NCBI GenBank assembly: GCA_963805515.1
Contig: CAWDUZ010000004.1
Coordinates: 118,105-182,104, forward strand
Direction of reading: 5' to 3'
Source: an uncultured Chloroflexia bacterium
Lineage (GTDB): Bacteria > Chloroflexota > Anaerolineae > Anaerolineales > Villigracilaceae
Length of the DNA: 64,000 bases
This document shows positions 1 through 11,132 of this stretch, piece by piece; position 1 is the stretch's first letter; every line of letters starts with the position of its first letter. The position numbers and the translations under genes were made by a program. The notes beneath the pieces were generated by a model that worked only from the letters and a program-made list of their open reading frames with translations, searched no databases and was not told the DNA's origin.

Positions 1-1819
1 AAGCTGCCCGGCGTCTTCGTAGCCTACATAACCTGGAGGGCGCGCCCACCAGCCGGGAGGCCGTGTGGCGTTCCATGAACTCGGACATATCGAGCTGGAT
101 GGCCGCATCTTCACTGCCGAACATAAACTTCGCCAGCGATTTAGTCAGCTCCGTCTTGCCGACACCCGTAGGCCCGAGGAACATGAATGAGCCGATGGGG
201 CGTTTGGGATCCTTCAACCCGGCTCGGGCACGCCGGACGGCGCGGGAGATGGCGAGGATGGCATCTTCCTGCCCGATGATGGACTTGCGAAGCTCGTCTT
301 CCATCTTGAGCAGGCGCTGAGATTCTTCCTCAGCGAGTTGCATGAGCGGGACGCCGGTCCACATGGAGACCAGCTCGGCAATATCGTCCGCTGAAACGAC
401 GGGGCTGGTGGCGCGGTCCCAGCCGGAGCGGATGCGCTCGATCTGCTCGCCCAGGTCGATCTCGCGGTCTTCCCATTCCTTGATGTCTTCGCCGTTGCCC
501 TCTTCCTGTGCCAGGGCACGGTTCTGACGGGCTTCGCGCAGTTGGCTGTAGAGGTCTTTGGCCTGCTTGGCAGCCGGACTCTTGTACATGCGCACACGCG
601 AAGCAGACTCGTCGATCAGGTCAATAGCCTTGTCAGGCAGGAAACGCTCGGTTACGTATCTGGATGAAAGATGCGCTGCGGCTTCCAGGGCTTCGTCGGA
701 GATCACGAGGTGGTGATGCTCTTCATAGGCCGGGCGCACGCCGCGCAGGATCTCGATGGTTTCGGCCTCGGACGGCTCGTCCACCTGTACAGGCTGGAAG
801 CGCCGCTCGAGGGCTGCGTCGGATTCGATGTGCTTGCGGTATTCATCGAGAGTGGTCGCGCCAATCACCTGAAGCTCGCCGCGGGATAGGGCCGGCTTGA
901 GGATATTGGCCGCATCCACGGAGGAGCCTGCAGCACCTGCGCCGACGAGCATATGCACTTCGTCAATGAAAAGGATCGCGCCGGATTGCTTCAGCTCATC
1001 GATCACGCGCTTGAGTCTTTCCTCGAACTGGCCGCGATACATCGTGCCGGCCACGAGGGAACCCACATCCAACTGCAAGACCCGCTTGTTCATCAGGGGC
1101 GCGGGCACGTCGCCTTCGACGATGCGCTGCGCGAGACCTTCCACGATGGCGGTCTTGCCGACACCGGGCTCGCCGATCAGGGCGGGGTTGTTCTTCGTGC
1201 GACGCGCCAGGATCTGGATGACGCGCTCGATCTCCATCTGGCGCCCGATCACCGGATCAAGCTTCTTCTCTTCGGCCAGGGTCGTCAGGTCGGACGCGAG
1301 CTGATCGACAAGCGGCGTCTTGGGGGTTGCAGCCGGAGTGCGCGCCGATTGCGGCGTGCCCGCGGCGGCGGAAGGCGAGGAAGCCGTCTCGTTCAGGACG
1401 CGCCGAGTCTGGCGGCGGATCTGATCCGCAGTAACACCGAGGCGGCGCAGAACTTCCATCGCGGTCGCATCGACGCGTACGAGGCCTAATAGGATATGTT
1501 CGGTCCCGATATAGTGGTGGCCGAGGCGCCGGGCCTCGTCCACTGCATATTCGAGAACTTGTTGTGTATCGGGAGCAAGATCGATCTTGGTATCTTCGTG
1601 CCGGCTTTCGACGCTTACTCGCTCAATAATTTCTCGGACACGGCTAAATTCGAGGCCGAGCTCGCGCAACACTCTTCCGGCCACGCCCCCTTCTTCCTCC
1701 ATGAGGCCCAGAAGCAGATGTTCTGTACCAATACTGTTTTGATGACCCCGTTCGGCTTCTTGATGGGCCAAGCTAAGCACCCGTCTCGCCCGCTGGGTAA
1801 AGCGTTCCATACCAGCCAT
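1..1819 (-). CDS. clpC: ATP-dependent Clp protease ATP-binding subunit ClpC-like AAA+ chaperone (N-terminal ~606 aa; C-terminus runs off window start)
   Basis: Minus-strand translation from ATG at 1817-1819 gives [26 protein letters not shown] (Clp N-domain). Further down it gives ...LLKMEDELR... and [28 protein letters not shown] (second AAA Walker A). No stop before position 1. Confidence 0.8.
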   Translation of the reverse strand, partial: MAGMERFTQRARRVLSLAHQEAERGHQNSIGTEHLLLGLMEEEGGVAGRVLRELGLEFSRVREIIERVSVESRHEDTKIDLAPDTQQVLEYAVDEARRLGHHYIGTEHILLGLVRVDATAMEVLRRLGVTADQIRRQTRRVLNETASSPSAAAGTPQSARTPAATPKTPLVDQLASDLTTLAEEKKLDPVIGRQMEIERVIQILARRTKNNPALIGEPGVGKTAIVEGLAQRIVEGDVPAPLMNKRVLQLDVGSLVAGTMYRGQFEERLKRVIDELKQSGAILFIDEVHMLVGAGAAGSSVDAANILKPALSRGELQVIGATTLDEYRKHIESDAALERRFQPVQVDEPSEAETIEILRGVRPAYEEHHHLVISDEALEAAAHLSSRYVTERFLPDKAIDLIDESASRVRMYKSPAAKQAKDLYSQLREARQNRALAQEEGNGEDIKEWEDREIDLGEQIERIRSGWDRATSPVVSADDIAELVSMWTGVPLMQLAEEESQRLLKMEDELRKSIIGQEDAILAISRAVRRARAGLKDPKRPIGSFMFLGPTGVGKTELTKSLAKFMFGSEDAAIQLDMSEFMERHTASRLVGAPSRLCRLRRRRAA

Positions 1820-1989
1820 AGTGTCTGTCACTCCTCGACCCAATAAATCGGATTGGGTCGGTAAAGATTGTACCAAAAAGCAAGCGGACTCTGTGTAGGA
1901 GAAAGATTAGAGTTTCGTGTCGTTATGACATTTTTCGCAATTTGGTCATCAAATTGCAATATTCATGCGCGATTCCGCACGAACCTCCT

Positions 1990-2331
1990 CTATCGATTAT
2001 CTCCATCGCCGTGGATCTTACCGCGTGCCTGGCGGTCAAGCAGCTTTTCGATGTTATGAGCTGCTATTTCGTCAAGCGAAAGGCCCAGTTCTGTTGAAAC
2101 TTGAGCGAGATACCACAGAACATCGCCCAATTCGGCCTGCAAGGCTGCACGATCGGCCTCACTAAAAACACCGTCCTTGTCGCGGAAGATCTTTTTGATC
2201 TTACCGGAGACTTCACCCGCTTCATTTGTAAGGCCCAGCGTCGGATAGATCACGCCGTGCCCTATAACGGGATACTTCGCGGTCTGCCTGGCTTTTAGTT
2301 GATAGTCATCGAAGTTCACATCCTTCTCCAA
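1990..2331 (-). CDS. MazG-like nucleotide pyrophosphohydrolase (all-alpha NTP-PPase)
   Basis: 113-aa ORF; DYQLKARQTAKYP...GLTNEAGEVSGKIKKIFRD...LGDVLWYLAQVSTELG is typical of MazG-domain proteins. Confidence 0.7.
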   Translation of the reverse strand: MEKDVNFDDYQLKARQTAKYPVIGHGVIYPTLGLTNEAGEVSGKIKKIFRDKDGVFSEADRAALQAELGDVLWYLAQVSTELGLSLDEIAAHNIEKLLDRQARGKIHGDGDNR

Positions 2332-2461
2332 TTGGTAAAACGATGAATTTCAATTTGCGTATCGAGCCGCACGGAATCAGAGCCCAGCCTTTTTGGGAAT
2401 GCGGCCTCAGCCAAAAGTGCTGCTTGACATCCCGCCCTGCAAGCATGCACATCATACACGA

Positions 2462-4996
2462 TTATCGTTTCAATTGGCGGGTGATCGTGGGGTCGGTGAT
2501 CTTCCTGTCGTCGGCAAGCAGGAAGGCCTTGGACAGTATGACTGCCAGGGTCGGGTCGCCTTCAAATGGCAGGAGCAGCTTCTCTCTTGCCAGTGCGCCT
2601 GCTGCCCGTGACGGGACGATGCACAAATACTGATCGTTTGGCTCCATCAGGATGTTTCCGGATCCCAGATGGATCTTATATTTCCGAATGTCGCCGGTTA
2701 CAAGCAGGAACTTTTCGTCCAGCGGCAGCGTTCGGCGATCTTCAGGCGCGGGAGCAGTGTTTCCAGCACCTGTTTTCGAGTGCGGGCTGATTCGGTAAGC
2801 TCGCCGAAGGAGTAACTGTTCCAATAGTCACGGTAGCGCACCTCCGGGCCGCCATCCAGCCAGTTGGGATCGTTGCCCAGGCTGGCTACGCCGACGAATA
2901 GATCCACATCGCGCATGACCTCCGAGAACACCAGCGGTGGAATGTTTTCCAGCGGCAGGGGTTCGGCATTGTCATGATTATTCCAACGGCGGGCGCGGTA
3001 ACCACCCCCGGAGGCATGCGCACGGTTCTCCGCGGCGTCACGGTGATAAAAGCGCACCTGGTCCGTTGTTAGATATAGGAACGTGCCCGTCTCGTTGGTA
3101 TCGTGTCCGTAGTGGCTGCCGATGCCCTCCACCCAAAACTCGGCGCGCAGGTTCCAGGGACCAAGCAGGCGCGTGGCAGGCGGGAACTCACTATCCACCA
3201 TCAATCGAAGTGAATTCTTCCATCCGCGCACCGCGCATAATGCATGGAACTGATGCTGCCGCAGAATATGCGCCGCGAAGCGGTTGGAGTAGACGCCTGT
3301 GCTGCGCTCCGCATCCGTGAGGACATAGATCTCGCGGTGCGCCTGCTTGAACGGCTGCTGCACATTATGCGCGGCCAGCCAGCTCCGCCATGTCGACACT
3401 ACATCCGAACCTGCGCTGATCGGATGCCATAACTCGACGTTCGTCCTATCATCCAGCCACGTCAGCGGCTTGTCATCGCGTCCCACGATCTGCCCCGCCC
3501 GCCAGATGCCCGATTCAGCCTGGTCGTCTCTGCTGAACTTCCAAATGAGCCGGCGCGCTACCGTACCTGCCATAGGATGATCGAGGTAGCGCACCCGCCA
3601 GGCTGCCAGCGTCCATTTGCGGGGCGAAAGGTAGAGGCGATCCATTCGATCGCGCAGCGCGGGCAATAATTTGCGGATGTCCTTGACGGTCTGCGTGATC
3701 TCCCCGATTTCGGCCGGGTAGCGTTCTTTGACATCTGCGGGCAGAGTGGAGATCTGCTTGCCGGAGCGTTCCCACGTTTGCTCCACATCGCTCCCGATCA
3801 CGGTTATGTGAGCACGCGCCGTCGTTGAACATATAAGACTGTGTTCCGACTTCCTCAAAGCCATAGGTAGGCACGCACAATTCTTCCATCTCTTCCATTG
3901 CGATGCCTGTACGTTTCGCCGCCATGGTGATGGCAGCCGTGACCGCTTTTTGCGGACTGCTGCCCTTGATCTTTACCTTCAGAATGCTCAACTGGGCGAC
4001 GCCTTCCGCCGAAGGCATGCTGCCCAGTGCCCAGAAGCAGGCATTACCTATCCTAGCTGCACGCGGCCCATACCCCGGCAGGCGGCGATACGCAGAGATC
4101 GCCAGCGCGGTGAGCGCCCGAGCGATCTCGGCGTCTTCGAACCTGCCGCACAGCCATACCAGCCCCTTGAGGATATCGGCGTTGCCCGGCAGGGGCATCT
4201 GGCCGTTGTCGCGGCGGCCTGGCGATTCACGCGGCCTGTCAGCCAGCGGGAACCACTGCAAGGCGGCGGAGCGGAAGTCCTGTTCCCCGATGATGCCGAG
4301 GCTGGCCTGCGAATCCTTTAGCCATTTTCTCGTCGGAGCGGACCCGGTTGCTCGCAAACAGCAGAGCAGAAGCCGGGCCCACGCGCTGCGCCTCTCGCTA
4401 TCCAAGGCATTGATATCAGCCAGCGCCGCGTCCGCCCACGCATCCCCTTCCGTCATCGGCAGGCGCACGGCCTGATTGCCCACCAGCTCGTGCAGGTGCA
4501 GGATATGGCGCTGGTCTTCAACGGTCATGCGCTCGGCTTCGACGGCTTTGATAAGTCGCCCGATGCTCCCGGCCAATGCCGTACTTAATTCATTTTGCTT
4601 AAGATGGTCGCTCACCAACTTGACCAATTGCGGCAGCCCGCGCCAGTAATTGCTCCCCACTTGCGCCGACCAATCCAGGATGATCAGGATATCCGATTCG
4701 CTGAGCGGCAGCCGGCGCTTAAGCAGCACAAAGAGCGCCTGGCGCATCTTCCAGCTCGTCTGGTTGTACGTGGTGGCGCCATGCTGCTCAAGCCATCGCA
4801 CCATGGCAAGCACCGCGCGGCTCTGAACCGCCGGATCGGATTCCTGGATTCGAGCGCCTGCGGCAAAATTCTCCAAGCGAAACGGGTAGTTGCGCCCGGG
4901 CTGTTTGGCAAGCTCTTCGACAAGGGTTTCCGCGGCCTCAGGCTCTGCCCGCAGATTGAATGAGTTTTCCATCTCAGCCCCCAACCAATGGCACAA
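2462..4996 (-). CDS. Large DUF4132 (MolR-like) domain protein, about 845 aa, spread over three ORF pieces (2 apparent frameshifts)
   Basis: ORF 3515-4996 carries the N-terminal region. ORF 2698-3864 has the DUF4132 core (TWLDD...ELWHPI...QAHREIYVLTDAERSTGVYSNRFAAHILRQHQFHALC...PLVFSEVMRDVDLFVGVAS). ORF 2462-2824 has the family C-terminus (KFLLVTGDIRKYKIHLGSGNILMEPNDQYLCIVP). Homology continues across the frame changes near 3840 and 2700. Confidence 0.6.
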
Positions 4997-5375
4997 GCTT
5001 CAGGAAGGTGACCGATGTCTCCGGACGCGCCTCGAACTGCGCGTCGAGACTTTCGGCCTGCCGCCCATCCACCAGCACAACGAAACCGTTGCGCTCGAAT
5101 CCTTCGATGGCCTTTTCGAATTGTTCTTGTGGGTCGATGGAGCGCGGTTCCCGCATGTGGAATCCATAGCGGGTGCGCTCGGCTTCCCCCGGCTGGACGA
5201 GCAGGTGAAAGAACTCGGGCCTGTGACGGTTGTACTCGCGGACTTCCTGATAGACGCGTTTGCGAATGAGCTCGCGAACGCTGATGGTCTCGGCTGGCAC
5301 GCGCACATTAAACATGTGTTCCGTTTGACCCAGGCCGGCAGTGGATTGATCCCGAACATTGAGAAGGGTAAGCAT
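4974..5375 (-). CDS. Hypothetical protein (133 aa); stop overlaps the DUF4132 start, suggesting translational coupling
   Basis: ORF with a protein-like composition; a 23-nt overlap with the downstream DUF4132 start suggests an operon. No recognisable domain. Confidence 0.4.
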   Translation of the reverse strand: MLTLLNVRDQSTAGLGQTEHMFNVRVPAETISVRELIRKRVYQEVREYNRHRPEFFHLLVQPGEAERTRYGFHMREPRSIDPQEQFEKAIEGFERNGFVVLVDGRQAESLDAQFEARPETSVTFLKLVPLVGG

Positions 5376-5617
5376 GGGTATCTCCTTATGACAGTGTAAA
5401 GGTGGGCAGGCAAAGACGCCTGCCTACAGGGTGCTGCGTAATTATCTGAACCCGAGTGTTCCTTTCTGCCCTGCTACCGGTTGCACCCGTTTAGATATTA
5501 ATGCAACAAGCAGCAGAACGTATGTTCTAATTATACAAGAATTGTGGGATTTTCGCCAGTCCACTTGCAATAAAACTCTTGCCCCCAACCCTCACTTGGA
5601 ATCGGAAATAAGACGCG

Positions 5618-6619
5618 CTACGTCTTGAACGAGCCGGCCAAACTTTTCCAGAACTCGTCCCGCTTGCCCGGAACAAAGGGCACATACAGGGTCAGCCGGT
5701 CCGCGATACCCGCATACCTCTCACGCAGGGCAGACGCCAAGTCTTTTGCATCGGTCACCAGGCAAAACTCCTGCAGCATCTCATCGTTGACAAGGGCCGG
5801 CATCTCAGCCCATTCCCCTTTCGCTGCGTGCGACGAGAGCTTTTCAGCAACGCCAGCCCAGCCATGCAACTCCATCACCGGGCGATACGAAGGCGTGGAT
5901 GCGTAGAACGCAAGCTGCGCGCGGGCGGCTGCCTGCTCCTCTGCCGAGGTCGCGGCGAAGGCGGACACCGAGATCGAAATATCCTGTCGCTTTCTTGCGG
6001 ACTTATTAAGTCCCGCCTCAATCGCGGGTACGATGACTCTCTCCAAATAGTGCGGACTGTGGAACGGATGTACATGGAACCCGTCGCACAACTCGCCCGC
6101 CAGCCTTGCCAGTCCCTCATTCACTCCGGCGATGTAGATCGGGATCTGCGGATGTTCGATCGGCCCCGGGTCAAAGAAGGGCGACATGAGGGTCAGCTTG
6201 TAATACTCGCCCCGGAAATTGAGCTTCGTGCCGTTCTGCCATGCATCCCACAGCGCCCGAATGGCAAGGATCTGTTCGCGCAGCTTGCCGGTGACCGAAT
6301 CGGGCCAGGACATGCCGAAGCGCCGCTCGATGTGCGCCCGCACCTGCGTGCCCAGCCCCAGCATGAAACGCCCATTCGATTGCGCCGCCAGGTCCCACGC
6401 GGTATAAGCCAGGTTCGCGGGCGAACGCGCAAAGGAGACGGCGATCGCCGTGCCGAAGAACAGCCTCTGCGTATGTTCGGCGATCAGCGTGCAAGGCAGG
6501 AATGGATCGTGCTGGGTTTCTGAGGTCCAGAGCGCATCGAAGCCGAGGTCTTCGGCGGCCCGGGCGATGGCCGGGACGTCTTTCAATGTACAAGGCGGCA
6601 GAGTCGCATCAAAGTTCAT
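5618..6619 (-). CDS. LLM-class F420-dependent oxidoreductase (luciferase-like monooxygenase family)
   Basis: 333-aa ORF with a TIM-barrel LLM signature (DALWTSETQHDPF..., GLGTQVRAHIERRFG, IYIAGVNEG...) typical of the F420-dependent LLM subfamily. Confidence 0.8.
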   Translation of the reverse strand: MNFDATLPPCTLKDVPAIARAAEDLGFDALWTSETQHDPFLPCTLIAEHTQRLFFGTAIAVSFARSPANLAYTAWDLAAQSNGRFMLGLGTQVRAHIERRFGMSWPDSVTGKLREQILAIRALWDAWQNGTKLNFRGEYYKLTLMSPFFDPGPIEHPQIPIYIAGVNEGLARLAGELCDGFHVHPFHSPHYLERVIVPAIEAGLNKSARKRQDISISVSAFAATSAEEQAAARAQLAFYASTPSYRPVMELHGWAGVAEKLSSHAAKGEWAEMPALVNDEMLQEFCLVTDAKDLASALRERYAGIADRLTLYVPFVPGKRDEFWKSLAGSFKT

Positions 6620-6721
6620 TGTTGAGCGTTGTCTGATTGGATATTAGAAGGAAAGCGCCACACGACTCTATGGGCTGGGGACTGCGGTCGGCGTCGCTGC
6701 GGCCGGGCAATTACCGTGCAC

Positions 6722-7249
6722 CTATTCCCCTTGCAGCCATAAAAGCAAAGCGGTCAGGGTGTAGCCATTGGATGTACCTTTGTTCTTCACCATTTGCCTT
6801 ACCTCGTCCCGGCTGAACCACCGGATCTCGCTCACCTCATCCTTGTCGAAATCCTGGACGCGGCCGAGCGCTTTGCAGTGCAGCACATGGAAAAGCTTGT
6901 TGGCATTCCCGTTCATCGGATAATAAGAATAGATCAAGCGGTGTTGATCGGACGCATATCCCGTCTCTTCCAGGATCTCGCGCCGGGCGGCGTCAATTTC
7001 TGTTTCGCCGGCTTCCACTCCGCCGGCTGGCAATTCCCACTCCGCCAGACCGGTGGTATAGCGCCAGACGCGGACGAACACGATGCTGCCCAGGTCATTC
7101 TCAGCGATCATCGTGACCGCGGGCCGCGGAAAATCCAACAGGTGGTAATTGTCGATCACAAGCCCATTGGGAAACCTCACTTTATCGACGTACAGGTTCA
7201 CCCACGGGCTTTGATAGATAATGCTTCTTGATAGTCGCTCTGGTTTCAT
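6722..7249 (-). CDS. NUDIX hydrolase
   Basis: Nudix box GGVEAGETEIDAARREILEETG (GX5EX7REUXEEXGU). Confidence 0.8.
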   Translation of the reverse strand: MKPERLSRSIIYQSPWVNLYVDKVRFPNGLVIDNYHLLDFPRPAVTMIAENDLGSIVFVRVWRYTTGLAEWELPAGGVEAGETEIDAARREILEETGYASDQHRLIYSYYPMNGNANKLFHVLHCKALGRVQDFDKDEVSEIRWFSRDEVRQMVKNKGTSNGYTLTALLLWLQGE

Positions 7250-7288
7250 GAATTACCCTGCGCTAAATTATTTCCGGGCAGTCCGCAC

Positions 7289-8335
7289 CTAGTCGCTTAA
7301 CAGATAAGCCAGGACCCACTGCGTGGTTGCGACCAACGCATCAGTATGGGTGCGCTCGTAATTGTGCGAAGCATCAATGCCGGGGCCGATCAGCGCCACT
7401 GCCACATCCCCGCCGGCACGCCAGAGCGCTTCCCCATCTGATCCATAGTTTGGATATGTATCTGCCTTATAGATGATGCCGTTCGTATCCGCCAGCGCGC
7501 GCAGCTTATTGCTCAAGCCGTGATGGTAAGGTCCGCCGCTGTCCTTGAGACACAGCGAGGCATGGAACTCATCAGATTGTTGACCTTCACCCACAGCGGC
7601 CATGTCCACCGTAACCAGCTCATGCACGTCGGATGGGATCCCTGCGGCGGCGCCATGTCCCACTTCTTCATAGTTGCTGAAAAGAAAGGTAACGCTCTGC
7701 GCGGGGCTTTGACCTGCAGCGGACAGGGATTTGATGGCCGCCACAAGGACCGCGACGCAAGCCTTATCATCCAGGTGCCTCGAGCGCACGAATCCGTTCG
7801 TCAGCTCGACGCGCGGATCGAAAGCCACAAAGTCGCCCGCGTTGATACCGAGCAGGCGCGTTCCATGCGCAGACGAGGTGCTCGCGTCGAGCCGGATTTC
7901 CATATGGTCTTCGTCCCGCTTCGTCTCAGAGGCTTTCGCCCCATAGACGTGGCCGGAGGCCGCATCGATGAGCAGCGAACCCCGTATTTTCTCACCCGCA
8001 GACGTGAAGACCCAACAACCTTCGGTTTCCACGGCGTTAAGCAGCAGGCCCCCGATACGAGTGATTGCGAGCCTGCCATTGGGCTTGAGTTCCTTGACCA
8101 TTGCACCGAGCGTATCCACATGGGCCGTCAAGGCACGCGGCGAGCCAGCGGATCGCCCTTCCCATCTTGCGACCAGGGCGCCTTTGCGTGTGCGCGAGAG
8201 TTGAAGGAACGGATATTGGGAGAGTTCTTTCTCTACAAATGCGATGGCCTGATCCGTAAAGCCGGTTGGTGAGGGAATGTTCAGCAAGTCCACCAGGAAC
8301 TTGATGAGGTAATTGGTATCTACGTCAGGAAGCAT
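7289..8335 (-). CDS. M42 family metallopeptidase (FrvX/glutamyl aminopeptidase-like)
   Basis: 348 aa; M42 motifs HVDTLG, SNYEEVGHGAA and GPGIDASHNYERTH. Confidence 0.8.
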   Translation of the reverse strand: MLPDVDTNYLIKFLVDLLNIPSPTGFTDQAIAFVEKELSQYPFLQLSRTRKGALVARWEGRSAGSPRALTAHVDTLGAMVKELKPNGRLAITRIGGLLLNAVETEGCWVFTSAGEKIRGSLLIDAASGHVYGAKASETKRDEDHMEIRLDASTSSAHGTRLLGINAGDFVAFDPRVELTNGFVRSRHLDDKACVAVLVAAIKSLSAAGQSPAQSVTFLFSNYEEVGHGAAAGIPSDVHELVTVDMAAVGEGQQSDEFHASLCLKDSGGPYHHGLSNKLRALADTNGIIYKADTYPNYGSDGEALWRAGGDVAVALIGPGIDASHNYERTHTDALVATTQWVLAYLLSD

Positions 8336-8479
8336 TTTGGCTCTTCTCCGAATGCGAAGCGCGAAATGGATGGCACAATTACACTACCCCGGAAGCATCA
8401 TTTATGTGCGGTGCGACAGCGGTGAGTATATCGCATGATTTTCTCCTTCGGGCGAAAATTGGGGACAGCCGCTGGCGTT

Positions 8480-8938
8480 TCACGCGATCTTGCGAGTTCG
8501 ATAGCCGTCGTAGTCCGGCACGAGACGATCATATTCCCCATCCATGAGAGGCGAAGAGATCATGAAATCCGCTGAGGCGCGGTTGCAGGCAATCGGGATG
8601 TTCCATACGACCGCCATGCGCAGCAGGGCCTTCACATCGGGATCATGCGGCTGCGGCTCGAGCGGGTCCCAGAAGAAGATCAGAAAATCGATCTCATTGT
8701 CAGCGATCTTGGCGCCGATCTGCTGATCGCCGCCCAGCGGCCCGCTCTGAAGCTTCTGGACGGTAAGCTCCAGCTCGCGCTCCAGCACCAGGCCCGTGGT
8801 ACCCGTCGCATAGATCTCGTGATGAGCCAGGAGAGTGCGGTTGTACTTCGCCCATTCCAGCAGGTCGCGTTTCTTGTTGTCGTGAGCGACGAGGGCGATC
8901 TTCTTATTGTGTTCCATGGCGATCTTTTTGTGCGCCAT
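8480..8938 (-). CDS. mgsA: Methylglyoxal synthase
   Basis: [12 protein letters not shown]...ATGTTG...[11 protein letters not shown]...[25 protein letters not shown] aligns along its length with E. coli MgsA. Start chosen at the ATG (8936-8938) that has a GGAGGAG SD 8 nt upstream. Confidence 0.85.
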   Translation of the reverse strand: MAHKKIAMEHNKKIALVAHDNKKRDLLEWAKYNRTLLAHHEIYATGTTGLVLERELELTVQKLQSGPLGGDQQIGAKIADNEIDFLIFFWDPLEPQPHDPDVKALLRMAVVWNIPIACNRASADFMISSPLMDGEYDRLVPDYDGYRTRKIA

Positions 8939-9164
8939 AAGTCTCCTCCAATTCGCTGAATACTTCTTCTGCCAGGTCCCCATTGGACATCAGCCCTTGA
9001 ACTTCTTAATTGTAGCCAGTTTCGCCGGCAGTACAGGTGATCCGTAACCGTCGGCTTACAAAGCAGAGAGGGCAACCGATTGGGTCGCCCTGTCTGTGCT
9101 AATTCACCCTGTCTTTTTTGGCAGTGCCGCCACGAATGCACTCGGTTGTGATGCGTCCCCTGGG

Positions 9165-9608
9165 CTATCCCGGCCTCTTGCCGACGATCGCAGCAAATCG
9201 AGCATCCCCGCGCAGCCATTGGAGGTCCGGATCTTCCCATGCCCGTGCCAGAGTGAACTTTCCGAGCTTTGCCGCTTGCTGAAGGTGTTCGAAAGCCATA
9301 TCGACGTTCCCGCACACGCTTTTCAAACAGGCGCGGCTATACCAATTGTCCTCAGGCATTAACTGTCGGATTTTCTCGACATAGCGGTTGGAAACGGGTT
9401 CCCCCATTACCTTGTAGATCGCCTCGCTCGCACTCCGACAGAACCACGCTCCTCTTAGGATTTCTGCAATCATAATATGGTGCTGGATCATCCCTTTCAA
9501 CGCTAACTGTGGACTTAACCGACTCTGTGGTGAGGCTGCAACGGGATTATTTGCTCTTAGCCTCTCGTGGATAATGGGCACAATGTCGCTAAGCTCTCCC
9601 TTCGTCAA
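9165..9608 (-). CDS. Hypothetical protein, apparent C-terminal fragment of a TPR-like protein (truncated at the low-GC island boundary)
   Basis: The C-terminus (...LARAWEDPDLQWLRGDARFAAIV) resembles TPR-protein ends. The ORF opens just after a stop with only a TTG start, and the upstream sequence switches to the low-GC island. Confidence 0.3.
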   Translation of the reverse strand: MTKGELSDIVPIIHERLRANNPVAASPQSRLSPQLALKGMIQHHIMIAEILRGAWFCRSASEAIYKVMGEPVSNRYVEKIRQLMPEDNWYSRACLKSVCGNVDMAFEHLQQAAKLGKFTLARAWEDPDLQWLRGDARFAAIVGKRPG

Positions 9609-9732
9609 AGCGAAATGTGGACAACCATATCGCCAACTTGTTCATTGGGTGTAAACGACTTGCCTACGCCAACGGCATCTAGGAAAAACTCGGCAAATTG
9701 ATCCTTATGATTGCGCTGTGAGCCGACTGGGT

Positions 9733-10281
9733 TCAAAACACGATTTGCCTGCTGGCTGTAAACAGGTCTGCTACTTGTATGAATATGTTATGAGTAGAAT
9801 CGACGCATCGGATATCATCAATGTACAGTTGTCCATTGAGTCGCGAAGTCGACGCTTGTTTTAGGCGATCATTTAGATCTGCAACTAAGAGACGGTCACT
9901 CCCTTGATCGTCTGAATCTTTCCAAATCTGCAGTAACCTTGGCAATACAGCCCGGCCTGTTTCATGTTCGTCGGTAACGCCTCGCACTAGCAAATGATAA
10001 AACATTTGATGTAACGCATCTTGTTTGTTACTTATGCCTTTAGCAAGAACACTGGTAATTTTGAAACTTACTGCTGGTGCATCTTTCAAGAAAAGCTTGA
10101 TCATTCCTATGTAAACCGGCAAATCATGACGACTTATAGCAGAAAAATGAAATTCTTTGTCAAGCCCGGAATTTTCCTTGAACTTTAGCAAACTACGGTG
10201 CAATGCTAAGATGGGATAACCCCCACCTAAAAACCACACGCTACCCACGATAAGTTGGGGGTCGTTTTTTCCGCTCTTCAT
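9733..10281 (-). CDS. DUF3800 domain protein (predicted RNase H-like fold); N-terminal YMDESG motif lies in the adjacent frame, implying a 1-bp indel
   Basis: The C-terminus (DSTHNIFIQVADLFTASRQIVF) matches the DUF3800 C-terminal motif. Directly upstream, in the -1 frame, ...LSVYMDE abuts MKSGKNDPQLIVGSVWF, which reconstitutes the VYMDESGKND N-terminal motif if one g at about 10262 is removed. Confidence 0.55.
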   Translation of the reverse strand: MKSGKNDPQLIVGSVWFLGGGYPILALHRSLLKFKENSGLDKEFHFSAISRHDLPVYIGMIKLFLKDAPAVSFKITSVLAKGISNKQDALHQMFYHLLVRGVTDEHETGRAVLPRLLQIWKDSDDQGSDRLLVADLNDRLKQASTSRLNGQLYIDDIRCVDSTHNIFIQVADLFTASRQIVF

Positions 10282-10448
10282 CCATGTACACGCTCAGAGT
10301 AGGACAGCCTTCCGGTCTATCTTCAACAGCCTTCTCTTTTTCTTCGTCAGAAAGTGTTCTTCGATGTTGACGGATTTCCGCATTGGCGATGAAAAGTTTA
10401 TACACGTTCTGGATTTGCCCGCCCTTTCTCGGGCTAGAGAAGTTAAAT

Positions 10449-10742
10449 CTAGTCAGGCTGTAGAGATGGTCTGGGGTGATCGATTTGCCGTCGTACTGAT
10501 TTGGCTCGAAAATTTCCCGAAAATTTAGCCTGCAGAGCAATGTCTGAATTCCGGGTTTCGGGATAATGGTTCAGAATCCAGGCAACCTTGTCTCTGAGTG
10601 TGTTTACTACAGCCGATGAGATGTGGTCAATTAGTTGCCTGCGTTCTTCATCTCTGGTAGCTTCTTTTTGTCTCTCCTCTTCTGATAACTCTTGGAACCC
10701 TTCAGAGCGATTGTTCATTGAGTTAAACAATGATGTCTGCAT
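10449..10742 (-). CDS. Hypothetical protein (97 aa; conserved-looking ...VAWILNHYPETRNSDIAL... segment). It may be fused to the DUF3800 gene through a second frame change
   Basis: ATG-initiated ORF in the island. It overlaps a TTG-initiated ORF (10241-10540) that runs into the DUF3800 N-terminal motif. Confidence 0.3.
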   Translation of the reverse strand: MQTSLFNSMNNRSEGFQELSEEERQKEATRDEERRQLIDHISSAVVNTLRDKVAWILNHYPETRNSDIALQAKFSGNFRAKSVRRQIDHPRPSLQPD

Positions 10743-10829
10743 TTTGATGTTTCCCTACCAGATCGGCGAACGGTTGATAGAGCAGCGTGCTCACTTTCCT
10801 GGTTGAGTTGTTATCTGTAATATCGCGAT

Positions 10830-11075
10830 TTAGTATACCGATACCTCCGAGTTGCAACTCTTGGCTGCGATTGAGACGGATATTGTTGCGACAAAGCTAC
10901 GGAGCCTGTCCAGATTCGTTAACACGTTTCCAGATGGCCCGCTGTAATCCGATGTCAATACCTGTTCAATCCATTCGTTCATTGCTTCCAGCATATACCA
11001 TCTCACATTGTGGGCACTTGCGTAGTTCGCGGCATTGCCGGATAGCCCAGGCGAACAAAATAGAAAACTCCGCAC
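10830..11075 (-). CDS. Hypothetical protein (81 aa)
   Basis: ORF only; sits in the low-GC island. Confidence 0.25.
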   Translation of the reverse strand: MRSFLFCSPGLSGNAANYASAHNVRWYMLEAMNEWIEQVLTSDYSGPSGNVLTNLDRLRSFVATISVSIAAKSCNSEVSVY

Positions 11076-11132
11076 TGTGCGATGGCGTACCGATAAGCGA
11101 GACGAGTTTTTCGACGTAGGTGATGTTCGTGG

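Noticed and set aside
63-1489. Plus-strand ORFs 63-320, 342-527, 897-1304 and 953-1489
   Set aside because: They are antisense to the ClpC coding sequence, whose homology is unambiguous on the minus strand; these are high-GC antisense artefacts.
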